Origin: a virus
Taxonomy: Duplodnaviria; Heunggongvirae; Uroviricota; Caudoviricetes
Virus record (IMG/VR): IMGVR_UViG_3300045988_118832
Length of the DNA stretch: 34,983 bases
Direction: 5' to 3' (one strand)
Each line of letters starts with the position of its first letter. Position 1 is the first letter of the stretch. This document shows positions 26,815 to 34,648 of the stretch, in pieces. The position numbers were made by a program, and so were the translations under genes. The notes beneath the pieces were generated by a model. That model searched no databases. It was not told the DNA's origin and saw only the letters and a program-made list of their open reading frames with translations.

Positions 26815-26997
26815 TCAGCATCCTGAATTCTGAATTACGCAACTTCCGGCACGGCCTTCAGGAACGTGGGGAGTTCGTTCTGGCTGCGGTACTGAATGAG
26901 CATCTGCTGTCGATTGAGAACTGGTCGCAAGACGATTAAAACAAACGATTGTCAGATTAATTTCGCGGGCGAACTTTTTTTGCTTTGCGATATTCAT
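26815..26997 (-). CDS. Hypothetical small protein (60 aa), low confidence
   Basis: ATG preceded by GGAGAG and the repeated hairpin unit; composition unconvincing. Confidence 0.25.
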   Translation of the reverse strand: MNIAKQKKFAREINLTIVCFNRLATSSQSTADAHSVPQPERTPHVPEGRAGSCVIQNSGC

Positions 26998-27072
26998 AAA
27001 TAAACTCTCCCTGACTCAGGCGTAAGCCAGCCCCGGCGGGTTTACGCCATATACAAATAAAATTAAAAACAG
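26995..27072 (-). repeat. Hairpin-plus-RBS repeat unit, copy A
   Basis: Minus strand TGTTTTTAAT...GGCGTAAACCCGCCGGGGCTGGCTTACGCC...GGAGAG..ATG; about 65 bp shared with copy B. Confidence 0.5.
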
Positions 27073-27077
27073 ACTTA

Positions 27078-27629
27078 TTAACTACGACGTTCAGTTTTCC
27101 GGTAATGACGGTCAACAGATTTAACGAACGCCTTCACATCACGGGAAATCGAATCCAGCGGATAATATTCATCCAGTAGTTCCATTCCACTGAATCGAAT
27201 CTGAAAAAAATCAGGCTTATCTTTATATGACTCCATCAGGTCAATAAACCGCAACTGACGCGGGAGGGATTCCTGCACGCCTGAAATAGTGAGCAAATCA
27301 TCTTCAAGGATGTATGCGAGGTCTTCCATATCCTTACAGTCAGACAGCATGGTTATTCTTGTCAGTATGTTCCGTGTGGCGATATACAGCGCTGCTGTGT
27401 CATTCGCCATCATGGCGAACAAATCCCCCTGAATATACGCCCCGCTACTGGCCACAGCATTCCCGGCAATCTGGGCATCAAGCACCACATCCATAAAATT
27501 ACCCGGTGCTCCCAGACAGCCCAGCAAGGATGACGCCCATAACGTTACATTGGTTAACTTCTCAGATGAACGGGTGGCAAAACCTTCAGGAGTAACAATA
27601 AAATCCCAGACTTTATCTTTCATATACAA
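27078..27629 (-). CDS. Hypothetical protein (183 aa), low-GC cargo gene
   Basis: ATG with AAGAGGA upstream; by-eye GC on sampled lines is about 40-45%, clearly below the structural genes; bracketed by two copies of a ~65-bp hairpin-containing repeat. Confidence 0.5.
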   Translation of the reverse strand: MYMKDKVWDFIVTPEGFATRSSEKLTNVTLWASSLLGCLGAPGNFMDVVLDAQIAGNAVASSGAYIQGDLFAMMANDTAALYIATRNILTRITMLSDCKDMEDLAYILEDDLLTISGVQESLPRQLRFIDLMESYKDKPDFFQIRFSGMELLDEYYPLDSISRDVKAFVKSVDRHYRKTERRS

Positions 27630-27697
27630 ATCCTCTTGATTCAGGCGTAAGCCAGCCCGGCGGGTTTACGCCTGTTTTAAATAACAATTAAAAACAA
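27627..27697 (-). repeat. Hairpin-plus-RBS repeat unit, copy B
   Basis: Same hairpin (one C fewer in the loop) and flanks, directly upstream of the 183-aa gene start. Confidence 0.5.
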
Positions 27698-27703
27698 ATT
27701 AAA

Positions 27704-27895
27704 TTAATGCGGTGCTTTCAGTGTTTCGATTTTAACGAAATAAGGCTCGACATTAATTTCAACCACACAACCACATTTAAAATCTCTGGCAGGTGAAACG
27801 GTTTTCACCACACGACCACCACGCAACGCCGGATGTGCAGTGTGCATGAAGCGAGTCCCTACCGGATACTGCTTATTAAAGTTCTTCGCATTCAT
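27704..27895 (-). CDS. Hypothetical protein (63 aa)
   Basis: In-series with neighbours; no recognisable motif. Confidence 0.35.
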   Translation of the reverse strand: MNAKNFNKQYPVGTRFMHTAHPALRGGRVVKTVSPARDFKCGCVVEINVEPYFVKIETLKAPH

Positions 27896-28109
27896 GGCGT
27901 GGCCTCCAGCCCTTCAGGTGAGCGTTAGCGCAGAACTCCGCACGATGTTCAGCCCAGATGCGGCGCAGGGTGCTACACGGGCTTTGCGCTGCCTTGCGCC
28001 ACAGTTTTTCTGCCTCATCATAATCGCCGCGTTGTTCTGCTCTGGATGCACCCAGCGAATACGCCGCGCAACGATTTCCGGCTCTGTACTCTTTGATATC
28101 CTGATGCAT
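27876..28109 (-). CDS. ANR-like small regulator (78 aa), tentative
   Basis: ATG at 28109, 2 nt after the upstream stop (MHQDIKEY...); ...GDYDEAEKLWRKAA...RRIWAEHRAEFC resembles ANR-family proteins by memory only. Confidence 0.35.
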   Translation of the reverse strand: MHQDIKEYRAGNRCAAYSLGASRAEQRGDYDEAEKLWRKAAQSPCSTLRRIWAEHRAEFCANAHLKGWRPRHECEEL

Positions 28110-28110
28110 G

Positions 28111-28755
28111 TTAAACCCCTGCAATATCAAGCGGGATTGCGCGGTATTCATCAGAATCACCAACGCGCTCATACACACGAATATAGCTCTTGCTGCCAAT
28201 CACCTGGACGGCTTCACCAATCAGCATCATGGCGTTATTCCAGCGTTCGTCCTCAATTTCGAGGCGACGCAGGGCCAGAACGCGCCCTGTGTTAATGTTG
28301 CCTTCCTTGTCCGTGCTGAATGCCTCGCTAATGATGGCTTTAATTTCAGGGCGCGCACCTTCCGTCCAGTCAGCCAGGCAATCATCAATCAGCGACTTCG
28401 CGGTCTGAATGCGTTCATCAAACGCGATACGGTCCTGCATGGCGCGCTGAATCTTGTATCGCCCGTCAAAGCTGTAAAGCGTGATATTGCCTTTTTTGCC
28501 GCCTTTCACAGCGCCGTATTTCTCCGCCGACAGGTCAATAAATGCCTGGATATCACCAAACGCACGCAGTTTCAGTTCCCGCAGTGAGGCGGAGGCAGCA
28601 ATCACCATCTCCACAAGCTCACCGACCAGCTGCTCGCGGTCGCGGTCAATATCTTTGATAAGGCTTTCAGGTGTCATTACGCCACGGGCATCCACCCAAT
28701 AACCTTCAGGCGCTTGAGTTTTCGTGTATTGCTTAACTTTATTTTCAGTCGTCAT
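28111..28755 (-). CDS. Conserved Mu-like early protein (DUF3164-like by recollection)
   Basis: 214 aa ORF in the semi-essential early region. Confidence 0.5.
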   Translation of the reverse strand: MTTENKVKQYTKTQAPEGYWVDARGVMTPESLIKDIDRDREQLVGELVEMVIAASASLRELKLRAFGDIQAFIDLSAEKYGAVKGGKKGNITLYSFDGRYKIQRAMQDRIAFDERIQTAKSLIDDCLADWTEGARPEIKAIISEAFSTDKEGNINTGRVLALRRLEIEDERWNNAMMLIGEAVQVIGSKSYIRVYERVGDSDEYRAIPLDIAGV

Positions 28756-28784
28756 AATTAAATTACCTCAGTGATATTTACAGA

Positions 28785-29000
28785 TTAATGTGTGTTATGT
28801 GCGCGAGGCGCAACGTTTTCAGAAAAAAGATTCACGCCGTTATAGTCATTTCTGAGCGTTTCCTTGATAACATCATGTAATCTTGTTGCCACCTGAAACT
28901 CCTTTTCGGAAGCTCCGTCCTCCGAATAACTCCCCGTGGTCTGGGTTAAAACACAGCCTTTTTCATCGGTATAGATAATTACTTCTAATTTAACCGCCAT
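28785..29000 (-). CDS. Hypothetical early protein (71 aa)
   Basis: In-series on the early strand. Confidence 0.4.
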   Translation of the reverse strand: MAVKLEVIIYTDEKGCVLTQTTGSYSEDGASEKEFQVATRLHDVIKETLRNDYNGVNLFSENVAPRAHNTH

Positions 29001-29012
29001 TCTGATTTCCTC

Positions 29013-29252
29013 TCATTGCCATACGACGGTACAGCCGTCGATACAGGACGTTTTAACCACGCGGCGCAGGCCGCTGAATGTCTGAACGATTTCCGTTACC
29101 GGCCATACAGGACCACCCACAGGCGGGCAGGCATAAACCACAGGTAAACGGTGATGCTGCCCCGTTACGCGACCGCCAGTGGTATGGATAGCCACACGGG
29201 CACGGGAACGGACGGCATTAATGGCCTGCTTTTCCATCATTTTGTTCTCCAT
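29013..29252 (-). CDS. Hypothetical early protein (79 aa)
   Basis: ATG overlaps the stop of the MuB-like gene (TGATG-type coupling). Confidence 0.4.
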   Translation of the reverse strand: MENKMMEKQAINAVRSRARVAIHTTGGRVTGQHHRLPVVYACPPVGGPVWPVTEIVQTFSGLRRVVKTSCIDGCTVVWQ

Positions 29253-30145
29253 CAGTGAATTAACATTTCTGCGAATTTATCTATGGCCTGCACACTGACC
29301 GGCGCATCGCTGATATCGCAAATCCGGTACACACCGCGCGCCAGTTTGAACAGGCGGCGGGCATTACCCAGCGAGCGCGCGTAAAGCGCCTCGCTGATTT
29401 CCGGTTCTGCTGCTTCCGGCATCAGCCCGGTGGCTATCTGGTTAAAATCTTCCTGCGCCAGCGTGTCGCCCAGGTTAAGCGCCAGCGCCACGCGGCTGTA
29501 TAACTGCGCAAATTCACCACGACGCCCCTTGAGATTAATCAGAAGACGAGGCATACCCGCCAGGACAACCCCGATACCAGCTTTATCATGCAGACGGCGC
29601 AGAACCTCCAGTGCGCGATAGGGGAGCAGTTCAGCTTCGTCCACCATCAGCAGACGACCGGAATCACGCAGTTCGCGCACACAGGCATCAATCAGTTCGT
29701 GAATGTTGCCGCGAACCTTTACCCCCAGCTGGCGGCACAACTCCTCAAGCAGTGTCCTGGCTGTATAGCCCGGGTCAGCCTCAATCAGGACCGCATCCCG
29801 GTTTCTGGCGGCGTATTCACGCAGAATCATTGTTTTGCCAAGGCCAGCTGCGCCATACAGCACACAGATTTCACATTCCAGGTGAGCGTAGGCCAGCACC
29901 TCCAGTCCTTTGGCAGCCATACCAGTGGTCACAAACTTTGCTTTAATACGGCGGCTGTTTTCCTTTTCCCGCTCACGGGTCACAAAGGCAGAAATGCGTT
30001 CTTCAATATCAGCCATATCGCCCTGATATTTACCCTGCAAATACTGGTTGATAACGGCGCTGCTACGACCAATTGCACGGGCGACGTGGGTCTGCGTATA
30101 GCCGCGACGGGCCATTACGTCATTTAATTGCGTAATTAAACTCAT
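29252..30145 (-). CDS. MuB-like transposition ATPase / target DNA activator
   Basis: 297 aa; N-terminal HTH-like region then Walker A-like LYGAAGLGKT and Walker B-like LLMVDEAE; directly downstream of the transposase. Confidence 0.85.
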   Translation of the reverse strand: MSLITQLNDVMARRGYTQTHVARAIGRSSAVINQYLQGKYQGDMADIEERISAFVTREREKENSRRIKAKFVTTGMAAKGLEVLAYAHLECEICVLYGAAGLGKTMILREYAARNRDAVLIEADPGYTARTLLEELCRQLGVKVRGNIHELIDACVRELRDSGRLLMVDEAELLPYRALEVLRRLHDKAGIGVVLAGMPRLLINLKGRRGEFAQLYSRVALALNLGDTLAQEDFNQIATGLMPEAAEPEISEALYARSLGNARRLFKLARGVYRICDISDAPVSVQAIDKFAEMLIH

Positions 30146-30163
30146 AATTAAATACCTTTTAAA

Positions 30164-32206
30164 TTAACGGTTGTTTGTGCCGTTTTTCTTTAAATTGCGC
30201 TCGCGTTCAGATGCGAATAAATAAAGTTCTTCTTTTTCCTTTTTCTCCGGGCGCTCCAGACCAAATCCAAAATTAAACTCAGATTTCTGCGTAATAGCCG
30301 GGGTAAGCTCGCGTTTCGCCTCTTCGATTTTCTGCGTGGCCCGTGCAATGCGGCCTCTGGCGCGTTTCTCCTGCTGCTGTTCGATAACAGCTTTCGGGAA
30401 CGCATCAACCTTATTACCGTTCCAGATGGCATCGCAGATATAAGAACCGTCCATCCGCCTGACAATCACGCTGTTTGCGTCGTGAATGTCGTAACAAACC
30501 CTGACTTCATTTCCGTGCTCTGCTGCCAGTTCTGTTGAGAAATAGATGTTTCTGAATAACACCACTTCACCGCGTCGCACCGTGCAGATGCTTTCCGGTC
30601 GGAACATTTCATGCAGTTCTTCCGGCGACAGCATGTCGATTTCAGCTTTCTGCTCCTTTATCAGTTTCCGGCGATACGCTGCCGGGCTGTAATGTTCACC
30701 ATCCTCTTTGCGGGGAAGGCTGCTGTGTGGCCGGTTGTTATACCGTTTCACCTCCAGCTCTATTGCGGCCATCAGTTGCTCAAAGGTGGGAACTTCTCCC
30801 ATAGCCTGAACCTGCCGCTTTGTCAGCTCTTTCCCTTTGTGGGTGGCCTTAATTGCTGACTGTGTGATGCGTTGCTGCATCATCACCGTTTCCTTGTCTG
30901 CATTTTTTGAGCAGTACGTCTGGAAACTCAGAGCCACATCTTTGGGTATTCCTTTGTTTGCTCGTTCTATTACCCCGCGCCCCTGCGGGTTACCAGGTAT
31001 CCCCGTGTGATGCTCCACACCCAGTCGGGGCAGAATCCCGGTAATATCGGCATCAAGTACCTGGTTTTTTTCACCACCCCCGTTATCGGAGTAATAAATC
31101 AGCGGTATCCCGTGTTGTGACATGCCATGACGCAATGCATCAGCAACGGCCACTACGTTCTCCGACAGGGACAGCGACCAGCCCACAATAAAGCGTTGCC
31201 CTGCATCCATAACCAGTGTCACTTCTGGCCGGAATGTATTCCCGGTGGCAGGGCTGAATGCCATCAGTTTCATACAGTGACCATCCCCGACCCATACCGC
31301 ATTAACCGGTAATGTGCTCCAGTCGCGCCGCACAAAGGGATTGAGCGAACGCCAGGCTGAACCGGTGGAGCGGAAACGCTCTTTAACAATCACCGGGACG
31401 CTGCTTAACACCCGTCTTACTGCGTGAACTGAAGGCAGTGCCGCCAGGATTCCCGCATCGTTCGCGTGTTTTTCATGCCACCAGGCTGAAAACTCGCGAT
31501 ACGCATATTCAATGGTCGGGCGCTTCCATGAGCGATAGAACATAAAGAAATCGCTCAACCACCAGACCTGCTCCCACGGTGTTCCCTTATGATGACCGGG
31601 AGCCAGTAACGCCAGTAACTGATTGGCATCACCGCGCGCCATCAGCCAGGTGGAATACCATTCCTGTAAACATCCCCAGCTGACGCCAGTTCGCTTACCC
31701 TGTCTGGCGTTGGCAGTACCTGCGGCCTCGATAATACGCTCGGGCAATGCCATCTGACGAATACCATCAACGATGTGTTTTACTGCTGCCGTCCTGGACA
31801 TTCCGGCGTATTCACGCAGTTTATGCACTTCGGTAGCCAGCAATATCCGCGCATCAGCGATGGCCTTTTGCTTGTCGGTCAGTGCCTGAACTTCGCGTAA
31901 TGCCAGCTCCGGGCATTTGACCATCACTTCCAGTTCATCGCGAACGGCGACGTTTTTAACTGCCTTCTGCTCAACCACGGCGGGCAGTTGTGCATCTTCC
32001 AGGACCTGATGAGTCAGGCGCTTACGTAAAACTTTCTGCGCTTCAGCGGGTAGGCAGTCGATGTGATACTCGAATGCTTTGGTACCTTCACGCTTGCGCC
32101 TTAATTCAGGTTTATTTTCAATTACACGATCTAGACGCGCCCTGACATTGTGTTCACGTGTTGGTAGCCCTCCAATGCCAGCACACTCTTTTGCTGTAAT
32201 CCACAT
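30164..32206 (-). CDS. MuA-like DDE transposase
   Basis: 680 aa; N-terminus MWITAKECAGIGGLPT... parallels Mu A (M.W...KECA..GLP); position after the ner-like gene. Confidence 0.9.
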   Translation of the reverse strand: MWITAKECAGIGGLPTREHNVRARLDRVIENKPELRRKREGTKAFEYHIDCLPAEAQKVLRKRLTHQVLEDAQLPAVVEQKAVKNVAVRDELEVMVKCPELALREVQALTDKQKAIADARILLATEVHKLREYAGMSRTAAVKHIVDGIRQMALPERIIEAAGTANARQGKRTGVSWGCLQEWYSTWLMARGDANQLLALLAPGHHKGTPWEQVWWLSDFFMFYRSWKRPTIEYAYREFSAWWHEKHANDAGILAALPSVHAVRRVLSSVPVIVKERFRSTGSAWRSLNPFVRRDWSTLPVNAVWVGDGHCMKLMAFSPATGNTFRPEVTLVMDAGQRFIVGWSLSLSENVVAVADALRHGMSQHGIPLIYYSDNGGGEKNQVLDADITGILPRLGVEHHTGIPGNPQGRGVIERANKGIPKDVALSFQTYCSKNADKETVMMQQRITQSAIKATHKGKELTKRQVQAMGEVPTFEQLMAAIELEVKRYNNRPHSSLPRKEDGEHYSPAAYRRKLIKEQKAEIDMLSPEELHEMFRPESICTVRRGEVVLFRNIYFSTELAAEHGNEVRVCYDIHDANSVIVRRMDGSYICDAIWNGNKVDAFPKAVIEQQQEKRARGRIARATQKIEEAKRELTPAITQKSEFNFGFGLERPEKKEKEELYLFASERERNLKKNGTNNR

Positions 32207-32214
32207 AACACCAC

Positions 32215-32487
32215 CTATGCAGCGTTGCTATGCGGATTTTTATTCCGATAACGTGATGGCCAGATAACTTCCGGTTCCACACCAATCGCTTCTGCAATTG
32301 CTGATTCATATGCAGGTACGCGGCGATAAAACACGTTACGCATTGCTCCAGGTTTTAAGCCGCGTACACGCTCCATCGTAGTGATATCAACCCCTTTATT
32401 ATCAAGGGCGGCTGCAATTGCTTTGCTAGACCAGTCTTGTCCGCGACGAACAAACAAGTCAGTTAGATCTTGTCTCGATAACTGCAT
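32215..32487 (-). CDS. Ner-like DNA-binding protein
   Basis: 90 aa; C-terminal EPEVIWPSRY matches Mu Ner/Nlp (KPEVIWPSRY). GGAGAGGA upstream of the ATG. Confidence 0.8.
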   Translation of the reverse strand: MQLSRQDLTDLFVRRGQDWSSKAIAAALDNKGVDITTMERVRGLKPGAMRNVFYRRVPAYESAIAEAIGVEPEVIWPSRYRNKNPHSNAA

Positions 32488-32505
32488 TGTGTGATCCTCT
32501 CCAAT

Positions 32506-32611
32506 TTATCGATTCAGATAATCAAAAGCATTTATCTGATGCGATAAATCCTAGATAAACAAAAATCCGCTGTCAACGGATTTTTGTATTTGTTTAAGCG
32601 GATTTTTGTAC
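32506..32611. promoter_or_regulatory. Immunity-region operator cluster between the repressor and ner-like genes
   Basis: TTATC-N6-GATAA (32506-32521), ATTTATC-N6-GATAAAT (32530-32549), AAAAATCCG-N7-CGGATTTTT (32561-32585), extra GCGGATTTTTGTA (32599-32611). Confidence 0.5.
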
Positions 32612-32625
32612 ATCGTGGGTTCTAT

Positions 32626-33303
32626 ATGAAAAACTCTTTAAAAAGAAATGGTTACGCAGATAAAACCGCAAGCAAGCAAACCGAGAAAGAACGGATTATT
32701 GAGGCTATGGATATAATCCGCTTCGGTGAGCGCCTTAAATCAGCTATGGAAGACAGCGGATTAAATTACATGGCACTGTCAAAACTGAGTGGGTTGTCTG
32801 AAGCCACAATACGAAAATACGTGCATGGAAAGATCTATCCAGGTATAGACAGCGCAGCTTTGGTGGCTCACGCATGCAATGTTCCTGTGGAGTGGTTGAT
32901 ATCAGGAAAATCCGTCATTGAAAACAATAATCCGCAACAAAGTCCGACCGAAAGAACAGAATTAAACCTCCTGTTACAGCGCATGAATACTCAAGATTTA
33001 GATGCTTTGCTTGATGTTTTTTACAACATCGGTATCAAAGGAGTCCTAAAACGCCTACAACAACCCACCAGGCAAGCTAAGCAGGCCTGCAACGACCTAG
33101 ACGAACAGGAGAATGCCATCAGAAGCCTGAACATCAGGGAATCGCTTAAAGACGCTATGTGTATGGCTCTGGATGGAAATGAAGAAACTGACAAAGAGAT
33201 TTTGCGACGCATCGAATCTCGTGCACGGACTGGGTCGCCAGGTGGTGAGACCATTGCCACGCCGGAGCAAGAAACGAAACCTGTAAGCAAAAAACCAGCA
33301 TGA
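32626..33303 (+). CDS. Prophage repressor, HTH XRE/cI-type
   Basis: Divergent from the ner-like gene. ORF track starts at a TTG (32584); ATG at 32626 preferred. HTH-like LNYMALSKLSGLSEATIRKYVHG. Confidence 0.7.
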   Translation: MKNSLKRNGYADKTASKQTEKERIIEAMDIIRFGERLKSAMEDSGLNYMALSKLSGLSEATIRKYVHGKIYPGIDSAALVAHACNVPVEWLISGKSVIENNNPQQSPTERTELNLLLQRMNTQDLDALLDVFYNIGIKGVLKRLQQPTRQAKQACNDLDEQENAIRSLNIRESLKDAMCMALDGNEETDKEILRRIESRARTGSPGGETIATPEQETKPVSKKPA

Positions 33304-33454
33304 ACGCCTACTACTTGGTAGGCGTATGCTGCCAACTAACTAGCGACATCCAACAAAACCAATACCGACGACAGATAAGAAAGGGATAAATCAAGCAAGA
33401 TTAAAACGGGTTTTAAAATCTTTTAAAAGGCGATCGCTTTCCTGCACCGCCGGA

Positions 33455-33596
33455 TCAAAACAGTCCAGAATAAAGCGTAAAAAAAGGCATTTTTGGTCAT
33501 TTTCTTCAAAACGATCCAGAATCGGCGAAATCTCTCACATCCCGCACCACTCAAGGCTCGCAGGCTCATCTGGTCTGCTCGTACTCAGTCCAGAAT
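33455..33596. repeat. Three direct copies of ATTCTGGA (minus-strand sense): candidate transposase end-binding sites
   Basis: TCCAGAAT at 33464-33471, 33515-33522, 33589-33596; two copies share ATTCTGGAyyGTTTTGA. Located after the repressor gene where Mu has L1-L3. Confidence 0.4.
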
Positions 33597-34618
33597 TGAT
33601 CACTACCCCACATAATGCCTGACAAAACACAACCAGAAGGTGCTCGAAACGTCCAGCTGTGCTCGTTCCCGCCCGGGTTGTAAAACACCTCACTGGTATA
33701 CTGAAAATTCTGTACGCCACCTGTTTTGGTCTGGTAGCGGGCATCGAAGTTTCCGTAGTCTGACGGTATAACCTGACGCCCGCATCGCCAGTTTCCCGCA
33801 TCATCCATATACGCCTGACCGTCCGTACCATTATCCGTACGGCTATTATTTATCATGTAAATGCCAAACTGCTTATTCCCAAGACCAGCCAGGAAATACT
33901 TTCTGTCTGCATGATCCTGACGCAGAAGCGCCTGAGCAGCATCAGTATTTATCCTGTTTTTCCCGAAAATAACGTTGTTGTCACGCATCTGAATCCACGT
34001 TCCGTTACTGCTGTTAATCGCAAAACGGCCTGCAAATACATCTTCTGTAACATCCAGACCGTGTCCCATAGTTATGCGACCGGTCCTGAGATTAAGCGTA
34101 AAGGGGCGTAGCGGCCCAATATCACCACTCTCGCCCTGATTTTCCCGGGTAGGAATGAGGTGCAGACACTCTTCCGAACGACGAAAAATCAGACCAAAGG
34201 CTTCGTTGAAAATCCTCAGTGCATTAACACCACGGATTTTCAGCTCCCCGGTCATGGTGTCTCCATCACGCTGAACGGCATTTTTTGCCTTATCCACCGT
34301 GGGTTTTAATCCGAGGTTTTCAACAGCCTCATCACTGTCTTCGACATCCGAAAGATTATTTTTTATCAGCAATGCCTCTTCGTTAATTGCACCGCCCACC
34401 AGTAATAATATGGCTTTATATAACTGGTCGTGTTCCTCTTTATTCAGTTCTATCCCGGCCTTCTCAATGACACCACAGATTTCCTCCTGAAGGGCATCCC
34501 ACATGGCACTGTTCAGCCAGGTGGCATGACGCCCTGTACGAATATTCCCGTCAGTAAATCCGTTCTTGCCCGGGCCAAATTTATCTTTAACTGCTGTCGG
34601 AGTGTCAATTCTGTGCAT
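33566..34618 (-). CDS. Tail fibre protein (350 aa), outside or at the edge of the Mu-like element
   Basis: ATG with GGGAGG upstream; N-terminus MHRIDTPTAVKDKFGPGKNGFTDGN... and GDTMTGEL motif are typical of fibres; C-terminal YTSEVFYNPGGNEHSWTFRAPSG matches the left-edge fibre. Confidence 0.7.
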   Translation of the reverse strand: MHRIDTPTAVKDKFGPGKNGFTDGNIRTGRHATWLNSAMWDALQEEICGVIEKAGIELNKEEHDQLYKAILLLVGGAINEEALLIKNNLSDVEDSDEAVENLGLKPTVDKAKNAVQRDGDTMTGELKIRGVNALRIFNEAFGLIFRRSEECLHLIPTRENQGESGDIGPLRPFTLNLRTGRITMGHGLDVTEDVFAGRFAINSSNGTWIQMRDNNVIFGKNRINTDAAQALLRQDHADRKYFLAGLGNKQFGIYMINNSRTDNGTDGQAYMDDAGNWRCGRQVIPSDYGNFDARYQTKTGGVQNFQYTSEVFYNPGGNEHSWTFRAPSGCVLSGIMWGSDQFWTEYEQTR

Positions 34619-34648
34619 ATTAAACCTCCCGTGAATGAAATATCAGAA

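Larger units (their letters stand above)
1..33600 (-). mobile_element. Mu-like transposable prophage, partial; right end lies beyond the window start, left end estimated near 33560-33610
   Basis: Gene order matches phage Mu (repressor/ner/A/B, early small genes, GemA-like, Mor/C-like, lysis, terminase, portal, F, G, protease-scaffold, capsid, sheath, tube, tape measure, N, P, baseplate, fibre). Transposase and target-ATPase present, no integrase. Boundary not mapped. Confidence 0.8.

Noticed and set aside
26815-26940. Plus-strand frame reading ...LRNFRHGLQERGEFVLAAVLNEHLLSIENWSQDD, possible gene remnant
   Set aside because: Only about 35 codons, no start or SD, and on the opposite strand to every neighbouring gene; may be a pseudogene fragment but cannot be supported.
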